Virus record (IMG/VR): IMGVR_UViG_3300022217_000003 | Coordinates: 64,001 to 128,000 of that record | Length of the DNA stretch: 64,000 bases | Reading direction: 5' to 3' (one strand) | DNA from: a virus | Taxonomy: Duplodnaviria > Caudoviricetes | In this document: positions 1 through 7,325 of the stretch, piece after piece | How positions within the stretch are numbered: position 1 is the first letter of the stretch | Layout of the letters: each line of letters starts with the position of its first letter | Notes under the pieces: generated by a model | The model's database searches: none | What the model saw: only the letters and a program-made list of their open reading frames with translations | What the model was told of the DNA's origin: nothing | Position numbers and translations under genes: made by a program

Positions 1-210
1 TATATACCATAATTCTCTCTCTGACACGCCTATATCGACTGCCACTTGTGGCAGGATCTTGGTTATACCGTTACTTTTTTCTTTATATAGCCTTACCCCT
101 ATCTCCCATTTAAATTTAATGAATTCTATATTTGACTTTTTCCAATAACTATCACTCATCTCCTTTATATCTGATATTATATTTTTATAACTACTGTCTC
201 TTACTTGCAT
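1..210 (-). CDS. DUF1016/YhcG N-terminal-like helical protein, truncated by window edge (not in ORF track)
   Basis: Hand-translated from ATG at 210: MQVRDSSYKNIISDIKEM...FKWEIGVRLY...VAVDIGVSERELWYI, open to base 1. The WEIG and SERELWY motifs resemble the DUF1016 N-domain. Confidence 0.5.
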   Translation of the reverse strand, partial: MQVRDSSYKNIISDIKEMSDSYWKKSNIEFIKFKWEIGVRLYKEKSNGITKILPQVAVDIGVSERELWYI

Positions 211-222
211 TTTTTATCCTTT

Positions 223-912
223 TTATAATTGGAGGTTAACGCCTTTTTTAAATAAGTTTTTAATAGACAATCTCATATTAATGCTTTTCTTTTTTTTAAG
301 GTAGTTACAGATAACGATCAGCATATTAGCCGTATCGATGTGATTATAATTATCTAATATGTGATTTACCAATTTTATATCCTTCACAATATTAAACCTA
401 TAGGATTCTAACAATAATAATATTTTTAAATGCTTAATAACATCATTGGGGTCTTTATCAGACAGGGCTTTTATGGTAGGTGTGACAAAGTCATTGTCGC
501 CGTGATTTAGCTTGCTTATAAATCTTTCAGTTGCCAATTCATAAGCATCCCTACTTTTATGCTCTTCCTTATATAATAAAGGGATAAATGATATAGGGAT
601 AGATTTAATATTATTTACAGGTCTCTTCCCCCTATTTGTCCATTGTGTATGGTCAGGATTAAAATAATATTGATACTCTCCCCAATCATTATTTCGGGTT
701 ATATAATTATTCTTAATAAGAAAGTTAACAGCTCTTGATACCTGGGAAATACACAGGTTTGTCATTTTAATAAGTTCACCATAAGAAATAGTGCAAAACT
801 GATTATCCTTTAATATGGTTTCTTTTAAAATAGCCCACATTACCTTTCTGCATGGCTCTGAATGCATTTTGCACAATATAATAGAGTCCAATATATCTTC
901 GGGGATATCCAT
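223..912 (-). CDS. Phage replication initiator, lambda O N-terminal-like wHTH
   Basis: RKVMWAILKET...ISYGELIKMTNLCISQVSRAVNFLIK...YYFNPDHTQW matches the Phage_rep_O N-domain pattern. Confidence 0.55.
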   Translation of the reverse strand: MDIPEDILDSIILCKMHSEPCRKVMWAILKETILKDNQFCTISYGELIKMTNLCISQVSRAVNFLIKNNYITRNNDWGEYQYYFNPDHTQWTNRGKRPVNNIKSIPISFIPLLYKEEHKSRDAYELATERFISKLNHGDNDFVTPTIKALSDKDPNDVIKHLKILLLLESYRFNIVKDIKLVNHILDNYNHIDTANMLIVICNYLKKKKSINMRLSIKNLFKKGVNLQL

Positions 913-913
913 T

Positions 914-1480
914 CTATTCGGAATTATTGTTGTATAGCTCTGCCCTATATTCCATTGTCCGAAGATAGGTTAAGTTTCTGATAAGATCAATATAGCTATC
1001 CAATATAGGCAACATATTTTCCCATGTACTCTGCAGTGCCTTTGAAGCGGCAATAGAACATTTCTTCAAAAACAGTAATTTATTTTCTTCCATAATTTTA
1101 TTTTCTGTCTGCTTTTCTGACGTGGTTTTATTGATTAACATTTTAATCCTGGGCTTTTCCTTCTCGGCAAAAATATCCATTTGGTATCTAACTTCTTGAT
1201 CAACTTTGGTAAATGCCTCCCTGCGAGATATTTGAAAAGTCAAATACCCCTTAAAATTAATAAGACAATGCCTGTACTTATTTAGTTTAATAATATCCTT
1301 TTCTTCACAAAGCTTATCCTTACTCATATTCAGAATCTTTGTAATATCTGGATCAAAGGAATCTGGATTTAGCCCTATACCCTTATAGAAGTCATCTATA
1401 TTCTTGACTACCGCAGATCCCTTGGGTATTTTTTTTTGTTCCTCAACTACCTTGTTGTATTCTGTCTGTGTTATTCTCAT
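914..1480 (-). CDS. Helical protein, possible UvsY-like recombination mediator
   Basis: All-helical/coiled-coil composition, KTTSEKQTENKI segment, located near recA. Function is inference. Confidence 0.3.
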   Translation of the reverse strand: MRITQTEYNKVVEEQKKIPKGSAVVKNIDDFYKGIGLNPDSFDPDITKILNMSKDKLCEEKDIIKLNKYRHCLINFKGYLTFQISRREAFTKVDQEVRYQMDIFAEKEKPRIKMLINKTTSEKQTENKIMEENKLLFLKKCSIAASKALQSTWENMLPILDSYIDLIRNLTYLRTMEYRAELYNNNSE

Positions 1481-1643
1481 TTGTCCCCCTTTTATCTAAT
1501 ATACATGATAATATAACAAAAATACCGGACAAAATCAAGGATAAAATTGCCCATAAATAGCTTTGTTTTAATATCATATTGAACATAAAAATTATATTCA
1601 TTCCTACTACTACAACCTGTAGTAGTATAATTACTGTTGCCAT
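1443..1643 (-). CDS. Small two-TM membrane protein
   Basis: Two hydrophobic stretches in 66 aa with a polar C-tail. Confidence 0.5.
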   Translation of the reverse strand: MATVIILLQVVVVGMNIIFMFNMILKQSYLWAILSLILSGIFVILSCILDKRGTNENNTDRIQQGS

Positions 1644-1798
1644 GCTAACAATCCCTGTTTTTTCTTTTTCATATATATCTTTTTAAACATTTTGATATCA
1701 CACTTGTAAGGCGTAACATCCTTAGCTTTTTTGCCAGTAACCTTAGCCTGCATTTCTTTTATTTCTTGTTTTATTTTCTTTACCCTTGTTCCTCTCAT
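1631..1798 (-). CDS. Small basic protein, 55 aa (not in ORF track)
   Basis: AAGGAG RBS then MRGTRVKKIKQEIKEMQAK...MKKKKQGLLAWQQ*. Fills the gap between neighbours. Confidence 0.55.
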   Translation of the reverse strand: MRGTRVKKIKQEIKEMQAKVTGKKAKDVTPYKCDIKMFKKIYMKKKKQGLLAWQQ

Positions 1799-2003
1799 TT
1801 TTACTCCTTTCTATAAAGTTTTCACAATCTATTTTTATACAAGTAAAGCTACCTATAAATACTTGTCCATCTCCATGGTAAACCCCCATAAAAATATCTT
1901 GTTTTTTCCAAAACGCCCACCATGGTTTCTTTTTATAAGGTCTTGCTTTACCTATTCTTTTATCTATGGTTATAACATCCCCTATTTCTATTTCTTTATC
2001 CAT
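1743..2003 (-). CDS. Hypothetical protein
   Basis: ORF with GGTGG RBS, co-oriented; contains KKPWWAFWK. Confidence 0.5.
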   Translation of the reverse strand: MDKEIEIGDVITIDKRIGKARPYKKKPWWAFWKKQDIFMGVYHGDGQVFIGSFTCIKIDCENFIERSKNERNKGKENKTRNKRNAG

Positions 2004-2011
2004 ATTATATA

Positions 2012-2281
2012 TTAACCACCTTTTTTAATGCATCCACGGAGAGTAGATACAAGTAGCCTTGTATTAAAATCCTCTCTAGTTATTTTTTCTTTTATTGATT
2101 TTTTCCAACCTCCTGATGTTCTATCCCACCCATCAGGGTCTAATACAATAATATTACAATCTTCCCACTTTGTCTTATCTGATATACCATGTATATTTAA
2201 TTCTTCTGCCCATTGTACAGAACTCTTTTTTATACCTTTATGCATATTGCTTACTCCTTGTGAGGGATAGGGGCAGGACAT
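2012..2281 (-). CDS. Hypothetical phage protein (IIVLDPDGWDR motif)
   Basis: Co-oriented ORF with RBS; alternative internal start at MHKG with AGGAG. Confidence 0.55.
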   Translation of the reverse strand: MSCPYPSQGVSNMHKGIKKSSVQWAEELNIHGISDKTKWEDCNIIVLDPDGWDRTSGGWKKSIKEKITREDFNTRLLVSTLRGCIKKGG

Positions 2282-2324
2282 TATAAAAAATCCCCCTTGA
2301 CCAAAGACAAAATGTTATTACTAC

Positions 2325-2388
2325 TAAATCATAGTTTTACTACGACCCACCCCCTGCTTATTTCCACCATCAAAAGTGGAAAAACAAG
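2325..2388 (-). other. Two tandem RNA hairpins in intergenic region
   Basis: Minus strand: CUUGUUUUUCCACU/GGUGGAAAUAAGCAGG (~15 bp) then UGGGUCGUAG-UAAAA-CUAUGAUUUA (10 bp). Several G-U pairs work only on the minus strand. Confidence 0.45.
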
Positions 2389-2390
2389 AA

Positions 2391-2450
2391 TTACTCAATT
2401 TCGAGCAATTCTTTTAATTTCTTAATCTGTTCCTCTTTTAACTTTATCAT
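2391..2450 (-). CDS. 19-aa micro-ORF MIKLKEEQIKKLKELLEIE
   Basis: ATGA overlap with the upstream Zn-ribbon gene and GGGAG RBS; amphipathic-helix pattern. Confidence 0.4.
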   Translation of the reverse strand: MIKLKEEQIKKLKELLEIE

Positions 2451-2566
2451 TTACTCTCCCTAACCCATTGCTTCGCATTGCAATTACTGCACTTTTTTAA
2501 TTTAGATACTTTCATATCCGTATCTATTGTTGCGCCACACTTTTTGCATGTGTATTTATATATCAT
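2447..2566 (-). CDS. 39-aa zinc-ribbon protein (not in ORF track)
   Basis: MIYKYTCKKCGATIDTDMKVSKLKKCSNCNAKQWVRESK: two CxxC knuckles; overlaps both neighbours. Confidence 0.7.
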   Translation of the reverse strand: MIYKYTCKKCGATIDTDMKVSKLKKCSNCNAKQWVRESK

Positions 2567-2948
2567 CTTCTATCCCCTCTTGTATTTTTTTATTCATTTC
2601 ATTTAAAAAATCGTCTTCATCAAAATTATCACCGTCTATAGCTAAATACAATATGTCATTCATTTCGCAAAATTCTTTTTTTATCTTATCGTTCTCCTGC
2701 GCTTTTTTAAATCCTGCTTCTGTCTTATGAAAATGGGGAACAAATTTATGGTGCTGCTTACCCTGTATCTCAATAATCATTTGAAAGGGAGATTGGATAT
2801 ATATATCTGCAAACAGTGTCTTTCCATCAATATTTATCTGTTTTTCCTGCCATATAGTCCACGCAGGATATTCTTTTTTTAAACACCTAAATGCTTTTTT
2901 GTGCGCCTTACTGGCTTTTGCTTGGAAGGTATTATTATATATTACCAT
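2556..2948 (-). CDS. PD-(D/E)XK endonuclease, Vsr/DUF559-like
   Basis: FADIYI...IIEIQGKQH...QENDKIKKEFC pattern. Confidence 0.7.
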   Translation of the reverse strand: MVIYNNTFQAKASKAHKKAFRCLKKEYPAWTIWQEKQINIDGKTLFADIYIQSPFQMIIEIQGKQHHKFVPHFHKTEAGFKKAQENDKIKKEFCEMNDILYLAIDGDNFDEDDFLNEMNKKIQEGIEDDI

Positions 2949-2950
2949 TA

Positions 2951-3244
2951 TTATATTTTTCCTTTAAAAGAATTAAGGGGACAATAACGACTATCAATGG
3001 ATAACCACTGATCAAGTTGCTCTACAGTAAACCATCCATACGCCCCATCTGTCCCTCCACCATTAATCCAATATCTTATATTATAATCAGTTATATATTT
3101 ATGTTCTTTTTTTTGCATAGGTGTAATATATTCCGCAAGTATACAAGAAGCTTTTCTATGCTTATGTTTATTAATTCTATCTATAATTTTAACTTTGTTA
3201 TCTATTTCCCTGGCTTTATCACTCTCTATTATTATTTTCATCAA
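2951..3244 (-). CDS. Hypothetical protein
   Basis: Co-oriented ORF overlapping the recA end. Confidence 0.5.
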   Translation of the reverse strand: MMKIIIESDKAREIDNKVKIIDRINKHKHRKASCILAEYITPMQKKEHKYITDYNIRYWINGGGTDGAYGWFTVEQLDQWLSIDSRYCPLNSFKGKI

Positions 3245-4310
3245 GCCCCCATCTTTCTTTTACGTGTTTTTCTAACCTGTTAAACATATCCTTATCTTCT
3301 TCTATGGCTTTTCTTAAATTATTCTGTCCCTGAAACTTTAAGCCTGTTTCAACTTCTTCATACCATGACCCTGCAAGAACTATCAATGGGGGGAGGTCTT
3401 TTTCTTTCTGCATTGAGATTTGCATTATCTCTTCTTCTTTCCAAAAACCATGTCCGTCCTTTATGCACAACCTTCTCTTTTCACTTGGAGACGCTGTCTG
3501 TATTTTTTTAAAATCACAGGTTACGTGCGCCCCCAATCCATTTCCCTCATCATCCCTTATTCTATCACTCGGTTGCATATCTAATTTTATTCTTATTGTA
3601 GCAAAATAAGGTATAGAATTACCACCAGTTGTAGTTTTGTAAGCCATGCCTGTTCCCATACCCGCATCCCGATATTGATTTATCATTATAATATTACTAT
3701 GAGAATCGGATATCCTCCCTGAATTTCTTTGGAAGAATTCACTTAACTGCGCTGCTCTAAGGGCAATCTTTTTTTTCTCATACCATTGTTTTTGCAAGTG
3801 TGCGGAGGTAACAATAGCAGCTACAGAATCTATTATCATAAAATATCTATCCCCGGTAGTTAATAGATTTTCTATAGTCTCATACATCATATCGCTATGG
3901 TCTACGGGGCAATATAAAAAGCCCTTTTCAATATTAACTCCCAATTTTTGAACATAGGCAGGACTGGTTTTTCTTTCCAAATCAAAATCAACCACGATAC
4001 AGCCATCCCTTTGAGCATCAGCACCCAAACAAAAAGCTAAAGTGCTTTTATACCTATCTTCTCTGCCTGCTATTTCTATTGTTTTTCCGGTGGGCATACC
4101 ACCAATACCTGTCATCCTGTTAAATGAAAGGCTACCGGTAGGTATATAATTATATTCAGTTATATAATTTTTAAGTATATCTTTTTCGCTACCTTTTATA
4201 AACTTTGTATTACCAAATTTCTTTTTCATATTGGCAATAACAACATCTACTGCGTTTATCTTGGGTTTATCTTTTTTCTTTTCAGTTTGTTTTTTTTCAG
4301 CCTTGGACAT
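3219..4310 (-). CDS. recA: RecA/UvsX-family recombinase
   Basis: IPTGSL, GIGGMPTGK, P-loop GREDRYKST, IIDSVAA Walker B, INQYR, TTGGNSIPYFATIRI, AGSWY, QGQNN. Confidence 0.92.
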   Translation of the reverse strand: MSKAEKKQTEKKKDKPKINAVDVVIANMKKKFGNTKFIKGSEKDILKNYITEYNYIPTGSLSFNRMTGIGGMPTGKTIEIAGREDRYKSTLAFCLGADAQRDGCIVVDFDLERKTSPAYVQKLGVNIEKGFLYCPVDHSDMMYETIENLLTTGDRYFMIIDSVAAIVTSAHLQKQWYEKKKIALRAAQLSEFFQRNSGRISDSHSNIIMINQYRDAGMGTGMAYKTTTGGNSIPYFATIRIKLDMQPSDRIRDDEGNGLGAHVTCDFKKIQTASPSEKRRLCIKDGHGFWKEEEIMQISMQKEKDLPPLIVLAGSWYEEVETGLKFQGQNNLRKAIEEDKDMFNRLEKHVKERWGLDENNNRE

Positions 4311-4324
4311 ATATCATCCTTTTC

Positions 4325-4996
4325 TTATAATATTTTCATTCCTTTTTCTTTACAAAGTGCCTTAAATAATTGCATATCATTCATTTTGGGATTACCAGGT
4401 TTCCATAATTCCTTATTTTCAACAAACCAGAAATCCCTAACTATATTATCTCCAAATGGACATTCCCCACCGTTTATAGCCCATGCAGTCATTTTTTCTT
4501 CACCACATATTATTGCATCACGTTTCATTAATTCCAATGTTAGTTTATCAGATAAATTACCCCAATTAATATTATGTAATAAATTAGAAATTTGAAATTT
4601 TATTCCTGTTAAATTTTTGGCGTTGCACAGGTCGGCGTTGCGCAGGTTGGCGTTGCGCAGGTCGGCGTTGCGCAGGTCGGCGTTGCACAGGTTGGCGTTG
4701 CGCAGGTTGGCGTTGTACAGGTTGGCGTTGTACAGGTCGGCGTTGTACAGGTTGGCGTTGCACAGGTTGGCGTTGCACAGGTCGGCGTTGCACAGGTCGG
4801 CGTTGCGCAGGTCGGCGTTGTACAGGTCGGCGTTGTACAGGTTGGCGTTGTACAGGTTGGCGTTGCACAGGTTGGCGTTGCACAGGTCGGCGTTGTATTC
4901 ACCTTCTTTATATAGGTCTTGCCTATATTTATTAAATTGATCTACTTTGCCTTCTGTCAACATCTTAACTAAAGTTTGCTTGGTTTTCTTTCTCAT
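4325..4996 (-). CDS. Pentapeptide-repeat protein
   Basis: 18 NA(D/N)L(C/Y/R) units. Start moved to ATG 4996 (AAGGAGG RBS) because the TTG at 5020 overlaps the -10 box. Confidence 0.88.
   Translation of the reverse strand: MRKKTKQTLVKMLTEGKVDQFNKYRQDLYKEGEYNADLCNANLCNANLYNANLYNADLYNADLRNADLCNADLCNANLCNANLYNADLYNANLYNANLRNANLCNADLRNADLRNANLRNADLCNAKNLTGIKFQISNLLHNINWGNLSDKLTLELMKRDAIICGEEKMTAWAINGGECPFGDNIVRDFWFVENKELWKPGNPKMNDMQLFKALCKEKGMKIL
4619..4894 (-). repeat. 15-bp tandem repeat x18, AAC GCC (A/G)AC CTG (TGC/TAC/CGC)
   Basis: Directly visible; 53-73% GC per unit in an AT-rich background. Confidence 0.95.
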
Positions 4997-5019
4997 AAAT
5001 CCCTCCTTTATAATATCCA

Positions 5020-5048
5020 AATATACTAAAATTTTATGTAAAAGTCAA
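5020..5048 (-). promoter_or_regulatory. Sigma70-type promoter TTGACT-N17-TATATT
   Basis: Intergenic; near-identical to the copy at 7226-7254. Confidence 0.75.
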
Positions 5049-5056
5049 GAGCTGTT

Positions 5057-5326
5057 CTATTCTTTATACTCCCTTACCTTGATTACAATATCTTTGAAAT
5101 AAGAAGCCACTTTATCCTGGCATTCTTTTAAATCACCGAATAGCCATTCTTCTAAAATAGGGTTGTCTTTATCTTTTATCATATAAGTTGTAGTGGTTTC
5201 TATTGAATCGGAAATCAATACACTTTTGATAATTATTGCCCTGATAACAGTTTTCTTTATGCAACTTTCTTCGTTATCAAAGTGGTATACTTCATCCCCT
5301 ATATTATATTTTGTTTTTATTTCCAT
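5057..5326 (-). CDS. Hypothetical phage protein (TKYNIGDEVY, SH3-like)
   Basis: GGGAG RBS; common phage N-terminal motif. Confidence 0.6.
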   Translation of the reverse strand: MEIKTKYNIGDEVYHFDNEESCIKKTVIRAIIIKSVLISDSIETTTTYMIKDKDNPILEEWLFGDLKECQDKVASYFKDIVIKVREYKE

Positions 5327-5336
5327 TTGCTTCTCC

Positions 5337-5630
5337 CTACTTTGAATTTAATCCAAGTTTGTTAGCCTCGTCCAATATATCTCTTTTCTTTAATGCCAAT
5401 TCTATTTTTTCCTCTATCATTTTTTCAAGACCTTCTGGGGTATATTCTACTGTTACTAACGATGGTCGAGATTTTTTTCTTTCCCCGTTTTCCGTTTCAA
5501 AAACATCAAGATGGTTCACCCTTGGATTTTCCAATTGCTCTTTAATCATCTCTATTGCCTTTTCCGGTTCAGAAAAATCTAATTCCATCATCTCCCCTAA
5601 TTCGCCATTATCATATACACTTTGTGCCAT
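5337..5630 (-). CDS. Acidic hypothetical protein
   Basis: AAGGAGG RBS, co-oriented. Confidence 0.65.
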   Translation of the reverse strand: MAQSVYDNGELGEMMELDFSEPEKAIEMIKEQLENPRVNHLDVFETENGERKKSRPSLVTVEYTPEGLEKMIEEKIELALKKRDILDEANKLGLNSK

Positions 5631-5644
5631 ATTATATACCTCCT

Positions 5645-6475
5645 TTATTTCCCTTTCTTTTTTTGCAGTTCTAATTCCTGATAATATTTCTTTCTTGCTA
5701 TATGCACATCTTTTTCTGGCAAGTCCTCTATATATATTATATTACCAGTATCTCTTTCAACCTTTGCCTTCATTTTAAGGTAGCCCCAATAATAAGTCAT
5801 TGCACCTTTAGGCACTCCTCCTTTTCTTGTCCATTTAACTAGTTTAGTTGGTCCGCATCCAAAAGCAATTAGGGCCTTTTTCATTCCAAATCTTTTTTTC
5901 ATGTCATAATAAAATTGGATTCCCATAGTTGTATTTTTAAAGGGATCCTTTAGTGTTTTAAAACCTTCCCATTTAATACCCATGGCAGGGGCAATATATT
6001 TTCCTGTCATATACATGATCTGCATTAATCCAGTAGCCTCTGTATCTTTATTCTGGGCATTGGGGTTTCCCCTGCTCTCATAGGCAATCAATACCCCCAC
6101 TTCTTCTATCTGGAGGTGTTTTTCCATTACTGCCTTTTGATATATATGTTCAGCCAATCTGCTTAGTTTGTTAGCGTCCCAATAGGGATGATAGGTCAAT
6201 AGAACATTTGCTATCCATTTAGTTTCCAATGATTTACGAGTTTTTTTAAATTCCGCTGATTGATTAAGGCTGTATAGCTGTTGATGTAATAACTTTTGTT
6301 GTTTTTGATAAAACTTTGATTGACTCATATTTATTATAAGAACAGCAATTAATGCCACGACTGCCACACCGAATGCCACTATTATTATTTTAAATATGTG
6401 GTTACTGTGGACAAGTCTTGCTATGAATGGGTCTTTAATTAACTCTCCATCCAATTCTTCTACATCTTTACTCAT
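5645..6475 (-). CDS. Membrane-anchored lytic transglycosylase (SLT/GH23)
   Basis: N-terminal TM (IFKIIIVAFGVAVVALIAVLII), catalytic YESRGNPNA, ATGLMQIM, LKDPFKN, ALIAFGCGP. Confidence 0.85.
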   Translation of the reverse strand: MSKDVEELDGELIKDPFIARLVHSNHIFKIIIVAFGVAVVALIAVLIINMSQSKFYQKQQKLLHQQLYSLNQSAEFKKTRKSLETKWIANVLLTYHPYWDANKLSRLAEHIYQKAVMEKHLQIEEVGVLIAYESRGNPNAQNKDTEATGLMQIMYMTGKYIAPAMGIKWEGFKTLKDPFKNTTMGIQFYYDMKKRFGMKKALIAFGCGPTKLVKWTRKGGVPKGAMTYYWGYLKMKAKVERDTGNIIYIEDLPEKDVHIARKKYYQELELQKKKGK

Positions 6476-7193
6476 GAATTAACTCCTTTGCGATATTTAT
6501 AATTTGATTTGAGAACCTACAGTGTGGGTTTGATATAATTGCGGGAGTTCTCATATTTATATATTTATTAATATCGTTACACTTATCTATGTTGCCTAAA
6601 TACTTTACCTCTTTATCAAGAAATTTCTTAAAGTTATTATACAGTCTGTCGAATTGTTTGTGTGCTAAACAGGTGTCTGCCATATTCACTATAATATTTA
6701 TTCCAACTTGTTTATTGTTTAAAACGACTAATTTTCCAACATGATATGCCGCCAAAACACCTTCCCTGTTATCACCTTGGGCAATAACTATAACTCTATT
6801 GGATATAAATAAAAAGGACGTTACTGCTCGTGATACACCCGCAGACATATCACAAATAATATAATCATAATCATCATATATCTGCATAATAGCATTTGTA
6901 ATTTTATCAAGTTTGCCTATTTCTAAATTTGCCATTGTGGTACTGCATGGTAGGTTGTCAATAAAATCTATTCCATGAATGGGTTCTATTATATTTTTTA
7001 TATCCTCTCCCTGTAAGATATGGGATAGATTCTTAGCATTATATTTATTAAGATATCCATGTAGCCTGGCTGATCCCATATCGGCATCTATTAATAATAC
7101 TTTCTTTCCCAATTGAGACAATGCTAAAGATATATTAAGTGAGCACAGGCTCTTGCCAATACCACCATTTTTGCCAGTTGTAGATATTATCAT
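6468..7193 (-). CDS. flhG: MinD-family ATPase, FlhG/FleN-like
   Basis: GKNGGIGKS, LLIDADMG, YDYIICDMSAGVS..V.SFL, AAYHVGK, IIVNMA, KKFLDKEVKYLGNI. Matches FlhG/FleN better than ParA or MinD. Confidence 0.72.
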   Translation of the reverse strand: MIISTTGKNGGIGKSLCSLNISLALSQLGKKVLLIDADMGSARLHGYLNKYNAKNLSHILQGEDIKNIIEPIHGIDFIDNLPCSTTMANLEIGKLDKITNAIMQIYDDYDYIICDMSAGVSRAVTSFLFISNRVIVIAQGDNREGVLAAYHVGKLVVLNNKQVGINIIVNMADTCLAHKQFDRLYNNFKKFLDKEVKYLGNIDKCNDINKYINMRTPAIISNPHCRFSNQIINIAKELIHE

Positions 7194-7225
7194 TGTTTGC
7201 CCCTTTTATTAACCATAATGTATCA

Positions 7226-7254
7226 AATATACTAAATATTTAGAAGAAAGTCAA
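7226..7254 (-). promoter_or_regulatory. Sigma70-type promoter TTGACT-N17-TATATT
   Basis: CTTGACTTT...TTTAGTATATTTG is shared with the 5020-5048 copy. Confidence 0.75.
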
Positions 7255-7258
7255 GTAC

Positions 7259-7296
7259 AAAAAGCCCTATTATAAAATCAATCATAATAGGGCTTT
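7259..7296 (-). terminator. Intrinsic terminator after the GH5 gene
   Basis: 13-bp inverted repeat AAAGCCCTATTAT/ATAATAGGGCTTT with a U-run on the minus strand. Confidence 0.75.
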
Positions 7297-7325
7297 ATGA
7301 AAATAATTTAATGAATTATTTATTA

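Noticed and set aside
1443-1643. Holin
   Set aside because: Two TMs, but located among replication genes with no adjacent endolysin.
4619-4894. CRISPR array or DGR template/variable region
   Set aside because: No spacers, in-frame coding repeat, no cas or reverse transcriptase gene in the window, and one variable site is T/C rather than adenine-specific.
4584-4940. QRQPV, TPTCA and ALHRS repeat ORFs in alternative frames
   Set aside because: By-products of a stop-free 15-bp repeat; only the NA(D/N)L frame has an RBS and flanking domains.
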